A stretch of 64,000 nt of DNA from Acidimicrobiales bacterium (GTDB lineage Bacteria > Actinomycetota > Acidimicrobiia > Acidimicrobiales > CATQHL01). The DNA lies in NCBI GenBank assembly GCA_963664235.1, contig OY760933.1, positions 1,883,419 to 1,947,418 on the forward strand, written 5' to 3'. Positions within the stretch are counted from its first letter, which is position 1. Each line of letters opens with the position of its first letter. This document shows positions 8,630-16,371 of this stretch, one piece after another. The translations under genes were made by a program, and so were the position numbers. Below the pieces are notes generated by a model. It was given only the letters and a program-made list of their open reading frames with translations. It did not search any database and was not told where the DNA came from.

Positions 8630-9172
8630 ATGTTCGTCGTCCTGCTCCTGGTGCTGCTCGGCATTCCCGTGGCGGAGATCTTCTTCATCATCCGGGTGGC
8701 TCGAGATCTGGGTATTCCCGAGACCATCGGCCTGCTGGTGGCGGTGTCGATTGCCGGGGCGTGGTTGGTGCGCCGTTCCGGCCTCGGCGTGCTGCGTCAG
8801 ATCCAGGAGCGACTCGCCCGCGGCGAGATCCCCGGCAAGGAACTCGTGGACGGCCTGCTGATCCTCGTCGGCGGCCTGCTGATGCTGACGCCGGGCTTCC
8901 TGACCGACGCCGTGGGGCTGCTGCTGCTCGTCCCTCCGACCCGGCTGGCGCTGCGGGCGCTGCTGGTCCGCCGGTACAGCAAGCGGATCCGGGTCGCCGG
9001 CTGGAACGCCGGCCCGGGCGTCTTCGGTGTCGGGGGATTCGGTCGGCGCGGCGCCGGCGGATTCGGCCCCGAGACCGGGCCGGACCGGGGCGACGTTCGC
9101 GACGTCAGAGAGCCGCGTGCGCTACGCAAGGGCCGGAAACGCAGAGAGAAACCGGGCAACAGTCAGGCCTGA
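8630..9172 (+). CDS. fxsA: FxsA family membrane protein
   Basis: MFVVLLLVLLGIPVAEIFFIIRVARDLG, GEIPGKELVDGLLILVGGLLMLTPGFLTDAVGLLLLVPPTR is the typical FxsA/UPF0716 core. Start set at ATG 8630, not TTG 8522. Confidence 0.8.
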   Translation: MFVVLLLVLLGIPVAEIFFIIRVARDLGIPETIGLLVAVSIAGAWLVRRSGLGVLRQIQERLARGEIPGKELVDGLLILVGGLLMLTPGFLTDAVGLLLLVPPTRLALRALLVRRYSKRIRVAGWNAGPGVFGVGGFGRRGAGGFGPETGPDRGDVRDVREPRALRKGRKRREKPGNSQA

Positions 9173-9214
9173 CCGGCACACCGCCTCACCGGCACAAACG
9201 CCCTGAGTCGCCCC

Positions 9215-10276
9215 TCAGGCGGACAGTTCCTCCCGCACGATGGCCGCTCCGGCGGCGAGCGCTGACAACTTGGCGAATGCGACTTCGCGTGACAGGTACT
9301 TCATGCCGCAGTCGGGTGCGGGGATCAGCCGGTCCGCCGACATGTATTGCAGCGCCTCGCGGATCCGCTGCGCCACCGTCTCGGGCGTTTCCACGGTGGC
9401 GTCGCCGTTGTCGATCACGCCGAGTACCACGGTCTTGTCGGGCAGCCTCTTCAGGATGTCCAGGTCGATCCCTGGCTGCGCCGCTTCGATGGAGATCTGA
9501 TCGATTGCGCTGACGTTCAACTCCGGGAGGAAGGCGTAGGCGTCGGGCTTGCCGAGCCCCCGCCAGGCGTGGATGGCGGCGTAGCCGAAGCACATGTGCA
9601 GCACAGTCGTCCCGGTGACCCCGTCGAGTGCCTCGTCGAGCACCTCGACGGCGTACTGGGAGGCCTTGTCGGGTTTGGCCTGCATGTACGGCTCGTCGAG
9701 TTGCACCACGTCGGCCCCGGCGTCGAACAGGTCCTTGAGTTCCCGGTTGACCACCTTGGCGTAGGCGGAGGCGGCCTTGCGCTCGTCGCCGTAGTGGTCG
9801 TCCTGGGCCTGCTGGATCAGCGTGAACGGTCCCGGCAGGGTCAACTTGACGGCGCGAGTGCTGTGGGCTCGCAGCAGCTCGAGGTCGCGCACGCCGATCG
9901 GGGTGGGCCGGGTGATCGGACCGGCGATGCGCGGAACCGGATTCGGCTTGCCGGTGCGGTCCATGGCGGTGCCGTGGCGGTCGGGGTCGATGCCTCCGAG
10001 GGCGGTGGCGAAGCGGTTGGAGTAGCTCTCGCGGCGGATCTCACCGTCGGTGATGATGTCGATGCCGGCGCTCTCCATCTCGCCGATCGCCACGGTGGTG
10101 GCGTCGTCCTGGGCCTCTTGGAGGCGCTCCGGCGGGATCCGCCAGAGCTCTCTGGCTCGCACCCGTGGCGGCAGCCGGGTGCACAGCGCAGGCCGATCGA
10201 TCAGCCAGTCCGGCTGCGGATAGCTCCCCACCACGGCTGTCGGCAACAGCACGCCGCCGAGCCTAACGGACCCCAT
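9215..10276 (-). CDS. Cobalamin-independent methionine synthase family protein (MetE catalytic-domain-only type)
   Basis: VVGSYPQPDWLIDR, GIDIITDGEIRRESYSN, VVQLDEPY and IPAPDCGMKYL match the MetE C-terminal (URO-D-like) fold. Start set at ATG 10276 (MGSVRLGG...). The upstream part of the 489-aa ORF overlaps the dprA-like gene and is Arg/Ser/Pro-rich. The start may be off by about 15 nt (GTG 10291). Confidence 0.75.
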   Translation of the reverse strand: MGSVRLGGVLLPTAVVGSYPQPDWLIDRPALCTRLPPRVRARELWRIPPERLQEAQDDATTVAIGEMESAGIDIITDGEIRRESYSNRFATALGGIDPDRHGTAMDRTGKPNPVPRIAGPITRPTPIGVRDLELLRAHSTRAVKLTLPGPFTLIQQAQDDHYGDERKAASAYAKVVNRELKDLFDAGADVVQLDEPYMQAKPDKASQYAVEVLDEALDGVTGTTVLHMCFGYAAIHAWRGLGKPDAYAFLPELNVSAIDQISIEAAQPGIDLDILKRLPDKTVVLGVIDNGDATVETPETVAQRIREALQYMSADRLIPAPDCGMKYLSREVAFAKLSALAAGAAIVREELSA

Positions 10277-10367
10277 CCAGCCGTGAGCCACCCGACAACC
10301 ACCGGCGAACTGCCGGCCGCCCCCCGCCACGCTGGCGCCTATCACCGCATTCAGCGGTCGGCATTGC

Positions 10368-11339
10368 TCAGTCGAAGAGTGTGGGCTGGGGCCGGGGCGA
10401 TACTCGATCTGCCTGGAGCATCTCGACGCCGGCAGGTTCGGTGGGCTCCAGCACCGCCGCTTCGAGTTCGTCCAGCGATGTGATCGGCACCGCCCCCCGC
10501 TCCTCGAGTGGCGCGTTGCCCGGACCCTCGCCCGGGCCTCGCCACACGGCCACCCGACCGAAGCCACGTCGGAGGGCCTCCGTCGCACCGGCCCAGGTAC
10601 CACCCGTGTCGACGTCGGCGGTGACCACGAGCGTGAGATCGGACAGGGCGTAGATGAGCTTGTTGCGTCCCATGGCGCTGCCAACGCTGAAGGGCGCCTC
10701 CGGGCTGTAGGGCGTGCACATCACGGTGCGCCCGTCGTGAATAGCCCGACGGATGTCGGCACTGCGGAGCTTGCGCGCCAGCGACTCCGCCAGCACGCCC
10801 ACGACCGCTCCGCCGGCCTCGAAGGCGGCGTTCATGGCGATCTGATCGACGCCCCTGGCGCCGCCGGACACCAATGGCAGACCCAGCCGCGCCGCCACTT
10901 CGGCCGCCGCCCCAGCGACTCGGGCACCGTCGGGCGACACGTTGCGACTCCCCACCACCCCGACGCCCGGCCGGTCGAGCAACTCGACGGCACCCGCCGC
11001 GTACAGCAGCACCGGCGCAGAGGTCCCGAGCCGCTCGATGAGCCGTCCCGGATAGTCCGTGTCGAACGGAGTGAATGTCGAGATGCCCGCCTGCCCCAAC
11101 CGATCCAACTCGAACGCCATGCCGGTCGCCCGATCCAGCAGAGCCACCACCCGCGCAGCCATCTCGGCGGCCAGACCGTGTTCGCTGACAAGCTTGGTTT
11201 CGTCGACGCCCAGCAGCAGGCTCGGCCCACCGACCAGGTCGCACAGCCTCCAGAACTCCGACGCCTTGAGGGGCCGGGCCTCGTCGTTGCCGATCCGGCT
11301 CAACAGCAGGATCGTCGCCAGCGAGTCGTCGTGATTCAC
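10368..11339 (-). CDS. DprA/Smf-like (SLOG Rossmann) DNA-processing protein, partner of the RecQ-PRTase helicase
   Basis: VGVVGSRNVSPDGARVAGAAAEVAARLGLPLVSGGARGVDQIAMNAAFEAGG, FSVGSAMGRNKLIYALSDLTLVVTADVDTGGTWAGATEALRRG. The GTG start at 11339 overlaps the helicase TGA stop (GTGA, 11339-11336), indicating translational coupling. Confidence 0.85.
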   Translation of the reverse strand: MNHDDSLATILLLSRIGNDEARPLKASEFWRLCDLVGGPSLLLGVDETKLVSEHGLAAEMAARVVALLDRATGMAFELDRLGQAGISTFTPFDTDYPGRLIERLGTSAPVLLYAAGAVELLDRPGVGVVGSRNVSPDGARVAGAAAEVAARLGLPLVSGGARGVDQIAMNAAFEAGGAVVGVLAESLARKLRSADIRRAIHDGRTVMCTPYSPEAPFSVGSAMGRNKLIYALSDLTLVVTADVDTGGTWAGATEALRRGFGRVAVWRGPGEGPGNAPLEERGAVPITSLDELEAAVLEPTEPAGVEMLQADRVSPRPQPTLFD

Positions 11340-13447
11340 GTGACCGATCTGCCGGCCGTGTCGGCCAACGCGAACGGGTGCACCGGCCCGGCGCCCGCCT
11401 CGCGGAGCTTCCCGCCCACGACCGTCAGCGTCCATCTGGAGTCGACGATGTCGTCCACGAGCAGAACCGGTTCGGGGGCGACGGTCCCACGAATATCGAA
11501 CGTCTCCCGCACGTTCGCGTATTGTCGGCGGCTGTTCTGCATCATCGTCTGGGGCTCAGCATCCCGGATCTTCACGACGACATCTTCACACGGGAGCCCC
11601 AGCGCCGTTGCCAGCCGCTCGGCGAAGCCCGCAACCAACCCGGGACTGCGGAGCGAGGGCACGAAGGTCACCCAGGTCGGTGATGGGTCCGGCTTCCAGC
11701 GATTCCGGATCAGATCCCCCGCAGCGCTGACGAGTTGGCTATCGAATCGCCCGAGTTCCTGCTTGCCAGACCGCACGAGGCGGCCCCATCCGCTGTCACC
11801 CCACATCGACAGCGCATGCCCCGGCTCGAGTCGTCGGTCGGCTGCGATCCGACCCTCACCCGGCAGCAGCTTGCGGGGTTCAATGGCTCGACCGGCTCGG
11901 CGCAGGTGGTCCACCGCATTTTGAACGGTCGCCGGGTCGAACGGGATGGCGAGGCTGTCGCCGGTGCAGTTGTCGCAGACGCCGCATGGTTCCGCAGTCG
12001 CATCGTCGAGATAGAACTCGAGCAGCTGCATGCGACACCGGTCCGTGCGGACGTAGTCGAGCATCTGCCCTTGCTCGGTCCTGCGCAGGGCGGTTACCGA
12101 CTCGACCCGGGCGTGGTCGTACGTCCAGCCCCCGAGAGTCCGCAGCCAGCGGCTGCCGGCACGTTCGACTGCACCGTCGACCTCCAGGTTCTTGAGAAGC
12201 GACTCCATCTGCGTGGGCCGGACATTGAAGGATCCGAGCAGGTCGTTGGTGGACATTGGTTCTGCCCGCTCTTCGAGGAGTGCCACGACGCGTTCAGCGA
12301 GATCAGGAGGCGGGAACGCCGAGCGGATGAAGTAGTCCTGAATGTCGGCGTCCTCGGTGCCGCGCAGCAGGATCCCCCAGGACTCATCGAGCGCCCGCCC
12401 GGCACGGCCGACCTGCTGGTAGTAGGCGATCGGCGATCCCGGCGACTGGTAGTGGATCACGAAGGAGAGGTTGGGCTTGTCGAAGCCCATGCCGAGAGCA
12501 GAGGTCGCCACCACCGCCTTCACATCGTTGGACAGGAGGGCCTGCTCGGTTTCGATCCGTTCGTCGGGGTCCGTACTGCCGCTGTAGGCGACGGCGTTGA
12601 TTCCCTCCGATCGCAGCCAGCCCGCAACCCGCTCGGTGTCGGCGACGGTGAGGCAGTAGACGATGCCCGTCCCGTCCAGTTCCAGAAGGACCGCGGCGAG
12701 CCAGGTCAGGCGCTCGGCCTGCGAGGGGATGTCGAGTGCGTGCAGTCTTAGGCCGGCGCGCCGCAGCGGACCCCTCACCAGGGGAAGACCCGAGCCGAGT
12801 TGTACGGCGACATCCTCAGTAACGCGGTCGTTCGCAGTCGCCGTACAGCACAGGATGGGCACCCCGGCCGGCAGGAGCCCCAGAACGCGCGTGATGCGCC
12901 GGTAGTCGGGACGGAAGTCGTGGCCCCAGTCGGAGATGCAGTGCGCCTCGTCGATCACCAAGAGGCCGCTGCGACGACCAACCTCGGGCAGGACATCGGT
13001 GCGGAACTTCGGGTTGGCCAGCCGCTCGGGCGAGATCAGCAGCAGGTCGACTGTGTCCTCAGCCAGCCTTCCCAGTACGAGATCCCAGTCGTCGCGGTTG
13101 GTGCTGTTGATCGTCTCGGCCCGCACGCCCATCCGTTGCGCCGCCTCGATCTGGTTGCGCATCAGCGCCAGAAGCGGCGAGACCAGCAGCGTCGGCCCGC
13201 TGCCGCGGTCCCGCAGCATCCGGGTGGCGATGAAGTACACGGCGCTCTTGCCCCAGCCGGTGCGCTGCACCAGCAGCACCCGCTCACGCCGCCCCACCAG
13301 CCGCTCGATCGCCTCCAACTGATTCGGCCGGAACTCCGCACCCGGATCCCCTGTGAGCCGCCGCAGTAGCCCGAGAGCCTCTCCAGCGAGCCTCGGCTCC
13401 CGCGCCGAAGGCCCGCCCGATCCCGATCCAGCTGACCGACTTGTCAT
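11336..13447 (-). CDS. RecQ-family (RqlH-like) DNA helicase with a C-terminal ComF/phosphoribosyltransferase-like domain
   Basis: Helicase motifs: FRPNQLEAI, QRTGWGKS, LVIDEAHCISDWGHDFRPDY, CCTATAN and YYQQVGRAGRA. A RecQ Zn-finger is present (CRMQLLEFYL...EPCGVCDNC). The C-terminal roughly 140 aa have a PRTase-type core (VTFVPSLRSPGL..., EPVLLVDDIVDSRWTL) in which the usual TTG(A)T loop is replaced by DSRWT. ATG 13447 was chosen as start because it lies 7 nt after TAGGGT with an upstream TGTCACAC box. Confidence 0.9.
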   Translation of the reverse strand: MTSRSAGSGSGGPSAREPRLAGEALGLLRRLTGDPGAEFRPNQLEAIERLVGRRERVLLVQRTGWGKSAVYFIATRMLRDRGSGPTLLVSPLLALMRNQIEAAQRMGVRAETINSTNRDDWDLVLGRLAEDTVDLLLISPERLANPKFRTDVLPEVGRRSGLLVIDEAHCISDWGHDFRPDYRRITRVLGLLPAGVPILCCTATANDRVTEDVAVQLGSGLPLVRGPLRRAGLRLHALDIPSQAERLTWLAAVLLELDGTGIVYCLTVADTERVAGWLRSEGINAVAYSGSTDPDERIETEQALLSNDVKAVVATSALGMGFDKPNLSFVIHYQSPGSPIAYYQQVGRAGRALDESWGILLRGTEDADIQDYFIRSAFPPPDLAERVVALLEERAEPMSTNDLLGSFNVRPTQMESLLKNLEVDGAVERAGSRWLRTLGGWTYDHARVESVTALRRTEQGQMLDYVRTDRCRMQLLEFYLDDATAEPCGVCDNCTGDSLAIPFDPATVQNAVDHLRRAGRAIEPRKLLPGEGRIAADRRLEPGHALSMWGDSGWGRLVRSGKQELGRFDSQLVSAAGDLIRNRWKPDPSPTWVTFVPSLRSPGLVAGFAERLATALGLPCEDVVVKIRDAEPQTMMQNSRRQYANVRETFDIRGTVAPEPVLLVDDIVDSRWTLTVVGGKLREAGAGPVHPFALADTAGRSVT

Positions 13448-13454
13448 GATGCGA

Positions 13455-13476
13455 ACCCTACGAGGGGGGTGTGACA
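13455..13476 (-). promoter_or_regulatory. Candidate damage-type promoter TGTCACAC-N8-TAGGGT, 7 nt upstream of the helicase ATG (leaderless)
   Basis: Minus strand reads CTGTCACAC CCCCCTCG TAGGGT TCGCATC ATG. Confidence 0.5.
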
Positions 13477-13611
13477 GCGAGCCTCGCGGGATCCGTCCTG
13501 GGCGCGGGCGTGGTGGGTCCGCCGCGCTCGCCGCGGGCGTGCGGTTGCCGATCGGTCCTCGGGCGAGCGCGCCGTGCGCGACCGGTGAGCGCATCCGACA
13601 GGTGCGGCCGG

Positions 13612-14154
13612 TCAGACGAGTGCCCGGATGGCTCCCACCGACCGGTAGTTGCGGGCCGTCATCTCGGTCCCGATGAGCCGGTGCAATCGCTCGACCAGTT
13701 TGGACCGGCCGAACCCACCGGGGGTGTGGAGGTAGAAGACCCTCTCGGTCAGCACGAACTCCTCGCCTTGCGTGGCCAATGCCCGCAGGCCGTCCAGGTC
13801 GGCGGTCGGATCGGGCTCGGCGAGGAAGAAGAAGTGGACCGCCCTCGGATCCTGGTCGCTCCGGGAGAACGGGTTCTCAGCGATGGCGGTGTCGAAGGCA
13901 TCGACGTCGAGGACGAACGTGTGAGGAGCGAACCCGAAGCGCCCCTCGATGGCACCCTGAACCGAGCGGGCCACCGAGTCACGGTCGCCGTCCGACGAGT
14001 CCAGAACGATGTTGCCGCTCTGGATGTACGTGCGAACGTTCTCAAAGCCGACCTCGGTGAGCAGCTCGCGGAGCGCAACCATCGGCAGCTTGCGACGCCC
14101 ACCGACGTTCACGCCCCGCAGGAGCACGATCCAAGTCGTCATCACCGCCAGCAT
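13612..14154 (-). CDS. DUF1697 domain protein
   Basis: [44 protein letters not shown] is the characteristic DUF1697 N-terminus. The start could instead be ATG 14142. Confidence 0.8.
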   Translation of the reverse strand: MLAVMTTWIVLLRGVNVGGRRKLPMVALRELLTEVGFENVRTYIQSGNIVLDSSDGDRDSVARSVQGAIEGRFGFAPHTFVLDVDAFDTAIAENPFSRSDQDPRAVHFFFLAEPDPTADLDGLRALATQGEEFVLTERVFYLHTPGGFGRSKLVERLHRLIGTEMTARNYRSVGAIRALV

Positions 14155-14262
14155 CCCACGGCCCGCCCACCCGCAATCCGATTAACGTCCTGCGCAAGCG
14201 TCGCCTGCTCAGATACAAGGCCGTCGGGTCGCTTCGGGCTTCGCCGACGTCTGGGCGGGGAC

Positions 14263-14284
14263 TGTCGTATGCCACGTCTATCGT
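14263..14284 (+). promoter_or_regulatory. Candidate damage-type promoter TGTCGTAT-N8-TATCGT, 7 nt upstream of the macro-domain gene ATG (leaderless)
   Basis: Plus strand reads TGTCGTAT GCCACGTC TATCGT CGGCAAC ATG. Confidence 0.45.
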
Positions 14285-14291
14285 CGGCAAC

Positions 14292-15254
14292 ATGGCTGAA
14301 GCTCGACGAGCCGCAGGTCGGGACGACTGGGAGACACACCCGCTAACGCTGCCGGAGGCGATTCCGCCGCCCGCCCGGACCTGGACGGAAGCGGAGATGG
14401 CCCAGATCCGGCTCGGCTACATCCCCAGCATCATGGATGAGAAGTGGTTCATCTTCATGGAGGGGGACCGCTTGTTCGCTCATCGCAGTTGGACAGGTCT
14501 GGGTGTCTACGAGGCGACCTTCACGCCGACCGACGGCGGGTACATCGTCAGCTCAGCGTCCGTTACCGGTGACCGGGCCCAGTACAAGCGCTCCTCGGAT
14601 CAGGACGAGTCCCAGATCCTCGAAGCGCTCATCGCCGGCCACCTGCTCAGCCAATCGCTCACCGAGTCGCAGTTGACAGACAAGAGCCCACATCTTCGCT
14701 GGGAACTGTCGGTCCCCAACATCCCGAAGGAGGCGTTCATTCTGCCTGTCGTCGAGACGGAGGGCCCCGAGTTGAGTCTCGTCGTGGGCGACATCACCGA
14801 ACTGCCCATCGATGCCATCGTGAACGCGGCCAATTCCACGCTCCTCGGCGGCGGGGGCGTCGACGGGGCCATCCATCGAGCTGCCGGACCCGAACTCCTC
14901 CAGCACTGCCGCACGCTGGGCGGTTGCGAGACCGGGCAGGCCAAGATCACGCCGGGCTTCGATCTGGCGGCCCGGTGGGTGATCCACACCGTCGGGCCGG
15001 TCTGGGGCGGCGGCAACCAAGGTGAGCCCGAGCTGCTGGCCTCCTGCTACCGGGAGTCGTTGGCCCGGGCCGACGAGGTCGGGGCCGAGACCGTTGCGTT
15101 CCCGGCGATCTCAACGGGGGTCTACGGCTACCCGATCGAAGCGGCAGCAGCCGTCGCCGTCGAGACTGTTCGCTCCACGCCCACCGACGTCACCGAGGTC
15201 AGCTTCGTCGCCTTCAACCAGGAGACCTACGACGCCTACGCTGCACTCCTCTGA
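14292..15254 (+). CDS. Macro domain (ADP-ribose binding/hydrolase, YmdB-like) protein with an unrecognised N-terminal domain of about 150 aa
   Basis: The C-terminal half has [43 protein letters not shown] and [14 protein letters not shown] do not recognise the N-terminal half ([34 protein letters not shown]). Confidence 0.85.
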   Translation: MAEARRAAGRDDWETHPLTLPEAIPPPARTWTEAEMAQIRLGYIPSIMDEKWFIFMEGDRLFAHRSWTGLGVYEATFTPTDGGYIVSSASVTGDRAQYKRSSDQDESQILEALIAGHLLSQSLTESQLTDKSPHLRWELSVPNIPKEAFILPVVETEGPELSLVVGDITELPIDAIVNAANSTLLGGGGVDGAIHRAAGPELLQHCRTLGGCETGQAKITPGFDLAARWVIHTVGPVWGGGNQGEPELLASCYRESLARADEVGAETVAFPAISTGVYGYPIEAAAAVAVETVRSTPTDVTEVSFVAFNQETYDAYAALL

Positions 15255-15280
15255 GAGAGCCACCGGAGGGAATCGAAACC

Positions 15281-15349
15281 GTGCCTGCTCCAACCACTGG
15301 GATCCCCACGCGATCTGTTGCGGGTCGTCGACCGGGCAGCCGCCAGTGA
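15281..15349 (+). CDS. Possible 22-codon upstream ORF coupled to the redoxin gene
   Basis: GTG 15281 is preceded by GGAGGG, 8 nt upstream. The ORF (VPAPTTGIPTRSVAGRRPGSRQ) ends in a TGA that overlaps the downstream GTG (GTGA at 15346-15349). No homology is recognisable. Confidence 0.3.
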   Translation: MPAPTTGIPTRSVAGRRPGSRQ

Positions 15350-15843
15350 CAACGCCATCAGAGTTCCCGCCGGCACCTGAGTTGGCGATCAGCCGCTGGT
15401 TCAACACCGACGACGCCCCGACCCTGGCGGGCCTCAGGGGCGAGGTCGTTGTGATCGAGGCGTTCCAGATGCTCTGCCCCGGCTGCGTCTCCCACGGGTT
15501 GCCGCTGGCGAAGCGAATCCACCAGACATTCGGCGACGAGCTGACCGTGCTGGGGCTGCACTGCGTGTTCGAGCATCACGAGGCCATGACCCCGGTCTCC
15601 CTAGAGGCGTTCCTGCACGAGTACCGCATCGACTTCCCGGTGGGGGTCGACGACTACGAGTCCGGCGTCACGACACCCATCACGATGGCCCTCTACCAGC
15701 TGCGGGGCACACCGAGCCTGGTGGTCGTCGACCGGGCCGGCCGCATCCGCGTTCATGCCTTCGGACAGGCGGACGACCTCCTCGTCGGCGCCACGCTGGC
15801 CCGCCTCATCGACGAACCTCGCCCCCGGTCGGCCGACGACTGA
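15346..15843 (+). CDS. Thioredoxin-fold redoxin (TlpA/AhpC-TSA-like)
   Basis: VVVIEAFQMLCPGCVSHGLP (CxxC motif) and LRGTPSLVVVDRAGRI. The 273-aa track ORF overlaps the macro gene, so the start was set at in-frame GTG 15346. This start is uncertain. Confidence 0.7.
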   Translation: MTTPSEFPPAPELAISRWFNTDDAPTLAGLRGEVVVIEAFQMLCPGCVSHGLPLAKRIHQTFGDELTVLGLHCVFEHHEAMTPVSLEAFLHEYRIDFPVGVDDYESGVTTPITMALYQLRGTPSLVVVDRAGRIRVHAFGQADDLLVGATLARLIDEPRPRSADD

Positions 15844-15966
15844 CCCGGCGTCGGTTGCCGCGCACCAATCCGGTAACTCCACCCCTGGGAGTGTGTTGAG
15901 CATCCGACGGCAGGCGCGGCCGGAGCCGCCGGACCATGGATTACGGCCCCTTGCCGAATCTTCCGG

Positions 15967-16227
15967 TCAGCGCAGCCGGTACGCGTCACGGCGATGCTGG
16001 ACCCGGTGCACGACGACGATCTGGTCGTCGTCGACCTCGAAGATGATCCGGTAGTCGCCGCGGCGAGCGACTCGAAGGCCCTCGAGTGGGCCGACAAGTG
16101 GCTTGCCGAGCCTTCGGGGGTTCTCTACCAGGGGACCGGAGATGGTTGCGACGGCGGCGGGACGCACTTTCTCGGGAAGCCGCTCAAGAGAACGGGCACC
16201 CTCGGGAGTGATCCTGAGGTCGTACAC
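15967..16227 (-). CDS. RelE/ParE family type II toxin
   Basis: LRVARRGDYRIIFEVDDDQIVVVHRVQHRRDAY is the classic RelE/ParE C-terminal core. GTG start at 16227. Confidence 0.85.
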   Translation of the reverse strand: MYDLRITPEGARSLERLPEKVRPAAVATISGPLVENPRRLGKPLVGPLEGLRVARRGDYRIIFEVDDDQIVVVHRVQHRRDAYRLR

Positions 16228-16236
16228 CCCGCCGGC

Positions 16237-16326
16237 TCAGAGCAGATCGTGCAGTGTCAGAAGCTGCCCCTCGGCGGCCTCGAGTTGCGACTTGTGCAGC
16301 GGCGGCCATCCTTGCCTTCGAATCCG
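16237..16326 (-). pseudogene. 3' remnant of a Phd/YefM- or RelB-type antitoxin gene (no start codon)
   Basis: The frame that ends in TGA 9 nt upstream of the relE start is open for only 29 codons (RIRRQGWPPLHKSQLEAAEGQLLTLHDLL). It is bounded by TAA at 16327-16329 and contains no ATG, GTG or TTG. Only 132 bp separate the toxin from the divergent vapB. Confidence 0.3.
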
Positions 16327-16371
16327 TTAGTTCGAACTCCGGCCTGTTCGCAGTGATGTTATGATGCGCAT

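Noticed and set aside
8554-8727. Upstream extension of the HNH/DUF222 ORF (track start 8727)
   Set aside because: It would overlap fxsA and both promoters. The extension has no homology-like sequence, and GTG 8553 has the same promoter geometry as the helicase gene.
10277-10684. Upstream 136 codons of the 489-aa ORF containing the MetE-like domain
   Set aside because: It overlaps the 3' end of the dprA-like gene in another frame and is Arg/Ser/Pro-rich. MetE-domain homology begins right after M137.
13448-13594. Upstream 49 codons of the 752-aa helicase ORF
   Set aside because: The extension is Pro/Arg/Ala-rich and would run through the TGTCACAC-N8-TAGGGT promoter. ATG 13447 sits at the leaderless position.
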